In this document: piece by piece, positions 39,180 to 48,069 of the stretch | How positions within the stretch are numbered: position 1 is the stretch's first letter | Layout of the letters: each line of letters opens with the position of its first letter | From: Sphingomonadaceae bacterium | Lineage (GTDB): Bacteria; Pseudomonadota; Alphaproteobacteria; Sphingomonadales; Sphingomonadaceae | NCBI GenBank assembly: GCA_031426075.1 | Contig: JANPKN010000262.1 | Span: 1 to 54,021, forward strand | DNA: 54,021 nucleotides | Direction of reading: 5' to 3' | Position numbers and translations under genes: made by a program | Notes under the pieces: model-generated | Seen by the model: only the letters and a program-made list of their open reading frames with translations | Database searches by the model: none | What the model was told of the DNA's origin: nothing

Positions 39180-41882
39180 TTAGAAGTTAATTTCTACGCC
39201 GATAGAAGCGCTGATGCCTTGCTTGTAGCGGTTGTAGAAAATGACATTTTCTCCGCTTTCTTGCAGTTCCTGATATTTTGTGTTGGTCAGGTTGCGCACT
39301 TCGAACTTCAGTTCGGCCTCTTTCCCACCGACCGTAAAGCCTTCGCGTGCAACGAAATCCAATTGGATGCCAGGGCGTTCCTTAATGTCCGGCTGCCCCG
39401 ATGCACCACGGCTGGTGACGCGGTCTGTCGCATATGTGAACAAGATGGTCTGCTGCGAAAGGCGCTCGGTATCTTCTAAGCCAAGCTGTAAATTCACCAA
39501 GTGATCCGATTGCCCGGTCAATGGCGAGCCATTTGTGAAGAAGTCTAGAGCGCTCGTTGACGAAGAGTTGAACACGGCAACCGGATCGCCTGCCTTCACG
39601 CTCAGCTTTGACTGGGTGTAGGTGTAATTGGCGATAACAATAGCGCGCCGCGTCGAGAAGAAACCTTCTTCACCCAAGCCTGACAGATCGAAATATTTCT
39701 GCGTTTCGATTTCTACGCCATACAGATCGGCCTTTGGCGCATTTGCAAAGCTGGTTACGACCGAGTTATCATCAAAGCTTGAAAACGACTCGATAGGTTT
39801 GTTGATGCGCTTGAAAAAAGCAGCGGCGGTAAAGCGTTGGTCACGGTCAAAATACCATTCATAGCGCGCTTCAGCGTTATACAACTGACTGTCGGTCAAC
39901 AGCGGGTTGCCGCGGAACAGGCGGTTCGAGTCGGTGTCGTAGAAGTTCTGGAAAATCAGTTCGCGGAATTGCGGACGAGCAATTGTCTTTGAACCACTTA
40001 CGCGGAATTTCATTTGGTCGTTGATATCCCAAGTCAATGTTGCTGCTGGCAACCAATAGGCCCGATCGAGACTTGTCGAAGCCAAAGACGCGGTCGGAAC
40101 CGTGAACACTTGAACCGGGGAGACGGATTGCGTCGCTGTTTCGTACCGCACGCCGACATTTAGGCTGATTTCGGGCGTGATAAACGCCTGAATCTGGCCA
40201 TAACCGGCATGTGTGAGCAGCGCCGCGTCAAACACGGGGTTCGCCTCGTTTGTGTCGGTCAATGTGATGTTATAGAAATCGATCACATCGGGCTGCAGCA
40301 AGAAATCGGGGCGGAACAGCGCTGAAACGATTGGCGTTCCGCCTGGAGCGGTGAATAAAAAGTCACGACGCTCGGTCCGGCGCTTCGTGTCCGAATAGGC
40401 GTAACCGACGGTGCCTGTCATATCCGGCGTAATCTTGAAGGAGAGATCGGCACTTCCTGACCACAAATTCTCGTTGAGGTAGGAATAGCTGACCTCAGCA
40501 CTGCCCTGCTGGCCGTTGTTCAGTCGGTTGATGAAAACCTGGCCGAATGGATCGGACGCTTGGTTGCTTCGATAATATTCGAAGCTGAATTCGTCAGGCG
40601 CTTCACGTTTCGAATTGGCATAACCCACACGAAAGCTGAAGTTCACATCTGGCGATAGCTTGAATTCGCCCACAAGCTGTGAATTCACAAGCTGCCGCTC
40701 ATACCAAGCGGTATCCTGCTGCAGCAAAGTTGCTGTTGGCGACAAGTTCTGGCGCGTACCAATACCCAGACGCGCCTGCTTTAGCGTGTCGCGAATGAAA
40801 ACATTGGTCCAGCGGAGCTTCTGCTCTCCGGCTTCAATACCAAAGCCAACAAGACCGTTGACGACGATGCGGTTGTCAGTAATGACGCGCTGAAAGTCGA
40901 GCTCTTTCTGACTAAGGTCGAGCGTCGATGCAGTCTGCTGCAGCGTATCGCGTGTGCGCCATTTGTTACTGTAACCTGCGTTGAACAAGATACCCATGGT
41001 GGCGTCGTCGCCAATTTCGAAATTGGTGCCGCCAGTGATGTTCGCAGAGCCATTAGCTGGCAGATTATTGTCGCGTTGCACAACAGCGTTACGCCCCGTC
41101 ACCAATTGGCTTGCAATGGCTTGTGTATCGACGCCGCCAGCGCTGATCCGTTGACCGCTCGCAAGATATGCAGCAAGTGCAGGACGCAAATCGCGGTTAC
41201 CATTGTCAAAACCGCTCCAGTCCATCGAACTGCCATAATATGTGTAGCCGAGTTGATTAGTGGTTTCGCCGTTGATGCTGGCGTCAGCGCTAACGGTCAG
41301 GAATGTTTCACGCGGAATGGCTTTGGTGGTGAGGTTGATAACGCCGCCGCCAAATTCGCCCGGAAAGTTTGCAGAATAGGTTTTCTGTACCAGCGACGAG
41401 GCAATGACACTCGTCGGGAACAAATCGAGGGGAACAACCCGCTTCAAAGGCTCAGGGCTGGGCAATGGCGAACCGTTAAGCAAAGCCAAAGAATAGCGAT
41501 CACCCAAGCCACGCACATAAACAAAGCCGCCGCCAACAACGCTCAAGCCCGTTACCCGCGAAAGTGCACCAGCGATGTCACCTTCACCGGTCCGTTCAAT
41601 ATCTGCCGCAGAGAGCACTGACACGACTTGTGGTGCATTCTTTGAAATATTGCGATCGAGATATCCACGAACAATGATTTCTTCGCCCCCGATGGAAACG
41701 TCTACTTCTTCTTCGGCTGGTTGCTGTGCAGAATCTGTAGCGCCTTCTGGCGTTGGTTCTGCTGCTTCGATCGCTTCGGCTTCTGCAGGCTCAGCGCTTT
41801 GCGCGAATGCCATTGACGGCGAGACAAGTGCGGACGTTAAAAGCAACAGGCTGATTGCCCCCAATGGCTTCAACATTTTCAT
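39180..41882 (-). CDS. TonB-dependent receptor
   Basis: Signal peptide from ATG 41882, EEIIVRG TonB-box-like, plug VYVRGLGDRYS...VPLDLFP...GGVINLTT, terminal Phe. Confidence 0.92.
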   Translation of the reverse strand: MKMLKPLGAISLLLLTSALVSPSMAFAQSAEPAEAEAIEAAEPTPEGATDSAQQPAEEEVDVSIGGEEIIVRGYLDRNISKNAPQVVSVLSAADIERTGEGDIAGALSRVTGLSVVGGGFVYVRGLGDRYSLALLNGSPLPSPEPLKRVVPLDLFPTSVIASSLVQKTYSANFPGEFGGGVINLTTKAIPRETFLTVSADASINGETTNQLGYTYYGSSMDWSGFDNGNRDLRPALAAYLASGQRISAGGVDTQAIASQLVTGRNAVVQRDNNLPANGSANITGGTNFEIGDDATMGILFNAGYSNKWRTRDTLQQTASTLDLSQKELDFQRVITDNRIVVNGLVGFGIEAGEQKLRWTNVFIRDTLKQARLGIGTRQNLSPTATLLQQDTAWYERQLVNSQLVGEFKLSPDVNFSFRVGYANSKREAPDEFSFEYYRSNQASDPFGQVFINRLNNGQQGSAEVSYSYLNENLWSGSADLSFKITPDMTGTVGYAYSDTKRRTERRDFLFTAPGGTPIVSALFRPDFLLQPDVIDFYNITLTDTNEANPVFDAALLTHAGYGQIQAFITPEISLNVGVRYETATQSVSPVQVFTVPTASLASTSLDRAYWLPAATLTWDINDQMKFRVSGSKTIARPQFRELIFQNFYDTDSNRLFRGNPLLTDSQLYNAEARYEWYFDRDQRFTAAAFFKRINKPIESFSSFDDNSVVTSFANAPKADLYGVEIETQKYFDLSGLGEEGFFSTRRAIVIANYTYTQSKLSVKAGDPVAVFNSSSTSALDFFTNGSPLTGQSDHLVNLQLGLEDTERLSQQTILFTYATDRVTSRGASGQPDIKERPGIQLDFVAREGFTVGGKEAELKFEVRNLTNTKYQELQESGENVIFYNRYKQGISASIGVEINF

Positions 41883-41898
41883 TCCCTTTTTCTTATTT

Positions 41899-41938
41899 AA
41901 AAAAGGGTGGGGTGCTCGGCTAAGCCTGCACCCCACCC
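41899..41938 (-). terminator. Intercistronic terminator/attenuator between lipoprotein and TBDR genes
   Basis: GGGTGGGGTGC/GCACCCCACCC 11-bp stem followed by TTTTTT on the minus strand, 16 nt before the TBDR ATG. Confidence 0.7.
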
Positions 41939-41955
41939 CAATCAATTACCGCCTA

Positions 41956-43527
41956 TCAAAAGGTAGGGAGTGAGGTGCAAAGACCGGTAACGCTTGTGCC
42001 GAATGTGGCAGTCGCGCTGTTGCAGGTCCAACCAGCATACCAGGTATCATTGGCATCGCGCACCGCACCGACATAGGTCGTTGCGTCGAAAAAGGCATTC
42101 AGTGTGCTTGCATTAAATGCAGTGACAGCCGTTTCGTTGGCACCATTGATGAACAACGAGGTCAGGCTTGGCGTGAACGCGCTATTGTTGTTGTTGCTGC
42201 CCGAACCGAACACTGAGGCAACTTCTGCCTCAGATACGCCGTTCGACCCGCGGAACGCTGGCGTACCGCATTGCGCGACAACCGAACGAACTAATGGTGC
42301 ACCAACTTCATCGATGCCTGCATCTGCCGTTGCGGAAATCGTCTGCGGGCGGCTGATGCGCAAGCAAGACGTGTTAGGGCTGACAATTACGCCATTAACC
42401 AGCGAGTAGTCCGTTCCACCACGCAACAGGATGGCCGACAAGTTGCCGATGTTGCTGCGCTGAATGAAGGTGAAGTTGGCAAGACGTGTGTTCTGGCGCG
42501 GCGTATTGCCGTCCAAAGCGTTGTCCGAGTCAGCTTCAATCATCGAGTCGCCAGCGCCCTGGCGTTGAACAGCGATCATGTACTGGATGTTTGCCTTGAC
42601 GCCGGTATCAGTGTCGAGGTTGTCATCATCAGCGCCCACAGCCACGAAATACTTCATGTTCACGCTACCGCCGAAGAATTCGACCGCATCGTCCGAGCTG
42701 TTGAAGGATTGGATGTGGTCCAGCACAGTGCCCGAACCAACGCCGCCAGTTGTCAGCGATTGAAGCTCAGAGTCACCCGAAAGGACAAATCCGGAGTAGC
42801 GGATTTGAACATAGCTCAAACGACCGCTGTTATCCGCCGAGTTGGCACCGCCGTAGCGTGCTGGGTCGACTGCGCCTTCAACTTGACGTTCGCAAGCAGT
42901 AGTACCTGGCGTTGCTGCTGGTGCAAGGCAATCGGTAATTGGGGCACGACCGTTGAGAACGACGCCGCCCCACTGACCTATTGAGCTATCCGTGTTCAAA
43001 CCAAGAACGTTATCGCGGCTTGTAAAAATGATTGGAAGAGCAGCAGTACCGACAGCATTGATACGGTTGCCGCGGTTCACGTTCAACCAGGAAACGCCGG
43101 TTCCGCCAAAAACGATAACGCCTGGCGCAATGGTAAGCGTTACGGCTGTGTTGGATGACGCAGCACCTTGGTCTGTGCCGACATCCACGCGACCACCTAG
43201 GCGATACAGAAGACCTGATACCTTAGGTAATGAAATGCTGGTGTTAATCTGTGCTGGCAAGGTGCAGACGCGATATGTGCCGGTTGGGCCCGAAATTGTT
43301 CCGCTGTCGGTAAGACCCTGAGGATCAGAAATCGTTGGGCAACCTGTCGCCGCTACAACTGTAGCTGGTGGCGGAGGTGGGGGTGGCGGAGGGGGTGGAG
43401 CCGCAGGGTTATTGATGGTTATGTTACCACCAGTGCCTGGCGACGCGATATCGTCTGCGCCACAGCCAGTGACAAAGACGGCTGCTGCTGTCGCATACAC
43501 GATCCCGCGCAATTTAGGGTCTAACAT
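41956..43527 (-). CDS. elpS: Surface lipoprotein, ElpS-like (probable beta-helix; probable T2SS substrate)
   Basis: Lipobox VTGC, 11-proline linker, GQWGGVVLNGRAP, DNSGRLSYVQIRYSG, DDAVEFFGG, DDDNLDTDTG; lipoprotein-TBDR-gspC order as I recall for the Caulobacter elpS locus (symbol from synteny, not alignment). Confidence 0.68.
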   Translation of the reverse strand: MLDPKLRGIVYATAAAVFVTGCGADDIASPGTGGNITINNPAAPPPPPPPPPPPATVVAATGCPTISDPQGLTDSGTISGPTGTYRVCTLPAQINTSISLPKVSGLLYRLGGRVDVGTDQGAASSNTAVTLTIAPGVIVFGGTGVSWLNVNRGNRINAVGTAALPIIFTSRDNVLGLNTDSSIGQWGGVVLNGRAPITDCLAPAATPGTTACERQVEGAVDPARYGGANSADNSGRLSYVQIRYSGFVLSGDSELQSLTTGGVGSGTVLDHIQSFNSSDDAVEFFGGSVNMKYFVAVGADDDNLDTDTGVKANIQYMIAVQRQGAGDSMIEADSDNALDGNTPRQNTRLANFTFIQRSNIGNLSAILLRGGTDYSLVNGVIVSPNTSCLRISRPQTISATADAGIDEVGAPLVRSVVAQCGTPAFRGSNGVSEAEVASVFGSGSNNNNSAFTPSLTSLFINGANETAVTAFNASTLNAFFDATTYVGAVRDANDTWYAGWTCNSATATFGTSVTGLCTSLPTF

Positions 43528-43639
43528 TCTAATTCTCCGCAACAAATATGACTTGCCCGATTATAGGCAGATGCAACGGACCAGCGACGAATCAACATTA
43601 GGTCCCACCCGTTGACTTAGCCGCGAATAGAAGCGCCCT

Positions 43640-43701
43640 ATGACATGGCTGTGCTTTTCAGATTACGGTTGAAAGAATATTTTGCGTCAATAATATTACA
43701 G
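43640..43701 (-). promoter_or_regulatory. Pho-box-like half-sites upstream of the lipoprotein gene
   Basis: Minus strand CTGTAAT (43695-43701), CCGTAAT (43662-68), AAAGCAC (43651-57), ATGTCAT (43640-46), all in one 11-bp phase. Confidence 0.5.
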
Positions 43702-43746
43702 CGCGCCAGCCACCTAAGTGTTACGTCGATCTTCACACGCGAAACG

Positions 43747-43770
43747 AAAAAGCGAGCCTCTGCGGCTCGC
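43747..43770 (-). terminator. Intrinsic terminator after the TPR gene
   Basis: GCGAGCC/GGCTCGC stem followed by TTTTT on the minus strand. Confidence 0.6.
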
Positions 43771-43812
43771 CTTCTATAACGGTTAACAATTAAACAATTC
43801 AGCAACTGTGGC

Positions 43813-44193
43813 TTAGCGCGTCGCGACCCGAGTTTGCAGATCCGCGAAAGCCTTGCGTGCAGCAACCTTGGAATTCATCACGCGTCCATCGGCTAGAACC
43901 AAGTCCACGCCTTCTAGGGCGTGCATCGCCGCCTTGAAATATCCGGCTGCCTGCTCGGTCTGCCCCATCCGTGCATAGGCGCGTCCAAGATTAAGGAGTT
44001 TTGCAGGGTCATGCTTGCTGACCTGCTCGCTGGTCATAATTTGAGAAACAGCGCGCTCATTATCACCGCGCATCAATGCCTCGTAACCAATCGAACCCTT
44101 TGGATAGGATATTTCACCAGAGGCATTCGGCTCCGCCTGCGCGGTGCACACCATGGTTCCGGCGAGTAATACTCCTACTAACATCAATTTCAT
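43813..44193 (-). CDS. Small secreted TPR-like protein
   Basis: AGGAG RBS before ATG 44193; signal peptide ending AQA; DPAKLLNLGRAYARMGQTEQAAGYFKAA TPR motif. Confidence 0.75.
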   Translation of the reverse strand: MKLMLVGVLLAGTMVCTAQAEPNASGEISYPKGSIGYEALMRGDNERAVSQIMTSEQVSKHDPAKLLNLGRAYARMGQTEQAAGYFKAAMHALEGVDLVLADGRVMNSKVAARKAFADLQTRVATR

Positions 44194-44222
44194 GGCGTCT
44201 CTCCTCATCTCTCTTAGAGAAT

Positions 44223-44240
44223 ATTACACTTTCATGACAA
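44223..44240 (-). promoter_or_regulatory. Pho box facing the TPR gene
   Basis: Minus strand TTGTCAT-GAAA-GTGTAAT. Confidence 0.72.
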
Positions 44241-44242
44241 TC

Positions 44243-44271
44243 GTGCAATATAAATGTCATAAAAGTGTAAT
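44243..44271 (+). promoter_or_regulatory. Pho box facing the second TBDR
   Basis: GTGCAAT-ataa-ATGTCAT-aaaa-GTGTAAT, 11-bp period. Confidence 0.75.
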
Positions 44272-44418
44272 GCGCTAGTAGGCGTCTTTTTGTGCTGCCC
44301 AAAGACTGGTAATATTTCAGACATATAACTTATATGAAAAGCGCACAATAAACGCATCAAAGCGCCACGCACCTTCCCTAATTCGCCGTCTGCAAACGTA
44401 TTCAGGGAAGGAAACATA

Positions 44419-46632
44419 ATGCGTAAATTAACGAATATGCTTTTGGTAGGAGTCGCTTTCGTATCGGCGCCTGTATTAGCGCAACCGACAAATGCGCCAA
44501 CTGCGGCGGACTCGGACGAATTGGAAATCGTGGTTTTCGGCAAGGGCGAAACACGTCAGGTGCAGGAAGTCACCGCCAAGGAATTGCTTATCCTCGCGCC
44601 AGGCACAAGCCCGCTGAAGGCGATCGAGAAACTGCCCAGCGTCAATTTCCAGTCGGCTGACCCGTTCGGAACGTATGAATGGTCAAGCCGAGTGTCGATC
44701 CGCGGTTTTAACCAGAACCAGCTTGGCTACACACTCGATGGTATACCCTTGGGCGACTCCACTTATGGCAATAACAACGGCCTTCACATCGGTCGCGCTA
44801 TCATCTCCGAGAATATCGGCGTTACACGCGTTTCGCAGGGTTCAGGCTCCATCGGCACGCAAGCCACCAACAATTTGGGCGGCACGCTTGAGTTCTTCTC
44901 GGCTGACGTAAGTGATGGTTTTGGCGCCGATGCCAACCTGACATATGGTTCCGAAAACACCATGCGTGCTTTTGGCCGTGTCAATTTCGGCGAAGCCGGC
45001 GGCACTCGTGGTTTTATCTCCGCAGTTTATCACACCGCTGATAAGTGGAAAGGCGGCGGCGAGCAGAAAAATATGCAAGTGAATGCAAAGGCAATCATCC
45101 CCGTAGGCGAAGCCGAGTTCGATGCCTATTTCGCTTATTCCGATCGCGCAGAGCAGGATTACCAGGATCTCTCGCTCGAAATGATCAATCGCCTTGGATA
45201 CAGCCACGACAACTATTTCCCCGACTATGCAAAAGCGATTGCAGCTGCACGTGGCGTATTTGTTGCACCAATCAATAATTTGGATGACAGCTATTATGAT
45301 GCGTCCGGCCTGCGCAAAGATACGCTGGCAGCTTACGGCCTGACAGCGCCGTTGGGCGACGGCGTCACATTCAAGATCAAGGCATATTATCACGACAACA
45401 CAGGACAAGGAACTTGGGGCACACCTTATGTGCCAAGCCCGAATGGCGTGCCAATGTCCGTGCGCACGACTGAATATGACATTCAACGCGGTGGTGTGTT
45501 CAGCTCGCTTAACGCCGAAGTGGGCGCACATGAAATTACTATCGGTGGCTGGTACGAACATAACGACTTCACGCAGGCGCGCCGCTTTTATGCCTATGAA
45601 AGCAACACCAACCCCGGACGTGATCACACGAAGTTCATGCGCAATTCGTTCTTCACGCAGTGGCTGTTCGATTTTAACACCGATACGCTGCAATATTATG
45701 TGCAGGACAAGATCAGCCTTGGCGACCTCACCGTCAATTTGGGTTGGAAGGGTTTTCAAGTAAACAACGAATCCGACCCGCAAATTCAAGGGTCTTTGGC
45801 ATCAGGTAAGATAAAGTCGCAAGACTGGTTCCAACCACATATTGGTGCTGCGTATAAGCTGAGTGATAAAGCCGAAATATTTGGCGGTTTCACGCAAGTT
45901 ACACGTGCATTTGTTTCCTCGGCAACAAGCGGACCATTCTCGACAACGCAGGCTGGTTTTAACGCTTTGGTCGGGCGCGGCTTAAAGCCAGAGGGTTCGG
46001 ACACCTTCGAACTTGGCGCGAGGTACAACGATAATGTCTTCAACGGCGTCATTGGTGTTTATTACGTCAATTTCCGCAACCGTTTGTTGGGCGTACAAAC
46101 CGGCGCAGGCATTGTTGGCAACCCAGCCATTCTGCAGAATGTCGGCAGTGTGCGCTCGATTGGATTTGAAGCGGCTGGCGACGTTCGCTTAGGCGGCGGC
46201 CTGACTTTGTTTGCTTCATACAGCTACACCGGCGCGACGTACGAAGATAATGTCGTTACGCCAACGGCGACCATCGCCACCAAGGGCAAAGACGTTGTCG
46301 ATACGCCAAAACATTTGCTGCGCGGCGAAATCGCTTACGACAGCGACACATTCTTTGGGCGTCTTGGTGCCAATTACATGAGCAAGCGCTACTTTAACTA
46401 TCTCAATGATCGTTCGGTCCCTGCCCGTGTGCTTGTCGATGCGACATTGGGCTATCGCTTTGACGCCGGAATGCGTGCGCCACTTGAACTGCAATTAAAT
46501 GCCGTCAACCTGCTCGACAAGAAATATGTCGCAACCATCGGTTCGAACGGGTTCGGCAATAGCGGTGATAACCAGACGTTGCTGGCGGGTTCACCACAAC
46601 AGGTCTTTGTAACTTTGAAGGCCGGTTTCTAA
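44419..46632 (+). CDS. TonB-dependent receptor
   Basis: Signal peptide ending VLA, EIVVFG TonB box, plug SIRGF...YTLDGIP...NLGGTL, NAVNLLDKKY, terminal Phe. Confidence 0.92.
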   Translation: MRKLTNMLLVGVAFVSAPVLAQPTNAPTAADSDELEIVVFGKGETRQVQEVTAKELLILAPGTSPLKAIEKLPSVNFQSADPFGTYEWSSRVSIRGFNQNQLGYTLDGIPLGDSTYGNNNGLHIGRAIISENIGVTRVSQGSGSIGTQATNNLGGTLEFFSADVSDGFGADANLTYGSENTMRAFGRVNFGEAGGTRGFISAVYHTADKWKGGGEQKNMQVNAKAIIPVGEAEFDAYFAYSDRAEQDYQDLSLEMINRLGYSHDNYFPDYAKAIAAARGVFVAPINNLDDSYYDASGLRKDTLAAYGLTAPLGDGVTFKIKAYYHDNTGQGTWGTPYVPSPNGVPMSVRTTEYDIQRGGVFSSLNAEVGAHEITIGGWYEHNDFTQARRFYAYESNTNPGRDHTKFMRNSFFTQWLFDFNTDTLQYYVQDKISLGDLTVNLGWKGFQVNNESDPQIQGSLASGKIKSQDWFQPHIGAAYKLSDKAEIFGGFTQVTRAFVSSATSGPFSTTQAGFNALVGRGLKPEGSDTFELGARYNDNVFNGVIGVYYVNFRNRLLGVQTGAGIVGNPAILQNVGSVRSIGFEAAGDVRLGGGLTLFASYSYTGATYEDNVVTPTATIATKGKDVVDTPKHLLRGEIAYDSDTFFGRLGANYMSKRYFNYLNDRSVPARVLVDATLGYRFDAGMRAPLELQLNAVNLLDKKYVATIGSNGFGNSGDNQTLLAGSPQQVFVTLKAGF

Positions 46633-47966
46633 TGAAATCGGCTTTGCTGATCGGTAGCGCGCTCTTTGCGAGTGCGCTGCCGTCGGCGGCTTCGGCTGAG
46701 CCGGTGCTGCTGATTTCCATTGATGGACTGCAACCTGCAGATGTAATTGAAGCTGAAAAGCGTGGGATCGAAATCCCGAACCTCAAACGTTTCATCACCG
46801 AAGGTACCTATGCGCAAGGCGTGCGCGGCGTGCTACCATCCGTGACCTACCCTAGCCACGCGACGCTGCTCACGGGGGTAAGGCCATCTCGGCATGGCAT
46901 TATTGGCAATAACAGCTTTGATCCCATCCAAATCAACCAAGGCGGCTGGTATTGGTACGCCAGCGATATTAAAGTGCCGACTTTGTGGGATGTCGCTGCC
47001 AAGGCAAATTTGACTACTGCGAATGTGCATTGGCCCGTCAGTGTCGGTGCTAGCGCAGTGAAATGGAATATCCCGCAAATCTGGCGCACGGGGCATGCCG
47101 ATGATGCAAAGCTGATGAAGTCGCTCGCTACGCCGGGTTTGATTGAATCATTTGAAGCCGACCTTGGTGAATACGCACCTGGCATTGATGAAACCATTCA
47201 AGGCGACGAAACGCGCGGGCGTTTTGCAACCGCGTTGATCGCGCGCGAAAAGCCATTTTTCACAACCGTCTATCTCACGGCGCTTGACCATGAGCAGCAT
47301 GAACACGGTCCGGACACTGCGGCAGCACACGCGGTGCTCAGGCGTATTGACGCAATTGTCGGTAAAGTCATCGCGGCACAGATGGCCGCGCGTCCTAAAA
47401 GCGTCGTCGCCATTGTCTCTGATCACGGGTTTTCGAAAGTTGATACTGAGGTTAACCTTTACCGCGCATTCATCGACGCTGGCCTCATTGTTCTTGATGC
47501 CAATGGTAAGATCAAAGACTGGGAAGCCAGTCCTTGGAACTCCGGTGGGTCATCTGCCATTGTTTTGAAACGGCCAACTGATCCGGCGCTGCGCGCACGT
47601 GTTTCCGCACTTCTGACGCTGCTGAAAGCCGATCCCAAGAACGGCATAGCGGAGATAGCAACCACAACGCAGATCGCTGACATGGGCGGAAACCCTTACG
47701 CAAGTTTCTACGTCGGCTTTGCGCCCAATGCTTATGCCGGCGGTTTCAAGGGCGCATCTGCCCCATTGGTAAGCCCGTCCGGAAGCAAAGGCACGCACGG
47801 CTATTTCCCGGATAAAGCCTTCATGCGCTCCAGCTTCATGATGATCGGCAAAGACGTTCAAAAAGGCCGAAATTTGGGCGAGATCGATATGCGCGCCATT
47901 GCCCCTACCCTTGCCAAAGCAATGGGGCTCACGCTGCCTGATGCAGAGGTTCCAGCGATTGATTAG
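46632..47966 (+). CDS. Secreted nucleotide pyrophosphatase/phosphodiesterase (alkaline phosphatase superfamily)
   Basis: Signal peptide; ISIDG, PSVTYPSH (Thr nucleophile), DHEQH, SDHG, GTHGY; TAATG overlap with TBDR stop. Confidence 0.9.
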   Translation: MKSALLIGSALFASALPSAASAEPVLLISIDGLQPADVIEAEKRGIEIPNLKRFITEGTYAQGVRGVLPSVTYPSHATLLTGVRPSRHGIIGNNSFDPIQINQGGWYWYASDIKVPTLWDVAAKANLTTANVHWPVSVGASAVKWNIPQIWRTGHADDAKLMKSLATPGLIESFEADLGEYAPGIDETIQGDETRGRFATALIAREKPFFTTVYLTALDHEQHEHGPDTAAAHAVLRRIDAIVGKVIAAQMAARPKSVVAIVSDHGFSKVDTEVNLYRAFIDAGLIVLDANGKIKDWEASPWNSGGSSAIVLKRPTDPALRARVSALLTLLKADPKNGIAEIATTTQIADMGGNPYASFYVGFAPNAYAGGFKGASAPLVSPSGSKGTHGYFPDKAFMRSSFMMIGKDVQKGRNLGEIDMRAIAPTLAKAMGLTLPDAEVPAID

Positions 47967-47997
47967 CCGTTACGGCACACGCTCGATGGCAAGAAAA

Positions 47998-48015
47998 CTG
48001 TCATCGATTTGCCAC
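47998..48015 (+). promoter_or_regulatory. Pho box upstream of plcP-agt
   Basis: CTGTCAT-CGAT-TTGCCAC, 54 nt upstream of ATG 48070. Confidence 0.65.
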
Positions 48016-48069
48016 GCGGCTGACCCATCGGTCAGATAAAGCACAGTTATCTCGTGGGGGTAAAGGCGA

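Noticed and set aside
43366-43398. G-rich run as a DNA repeat or G-quadruplex element
   Set aside because: Fully explained by 11 proline codons with varied third positions on the minus strand
44842-45789. 315-aa minus-strand ORF
   Set aside because: Antisense to a well-supported TonB-dependent receptor; no protein-like features
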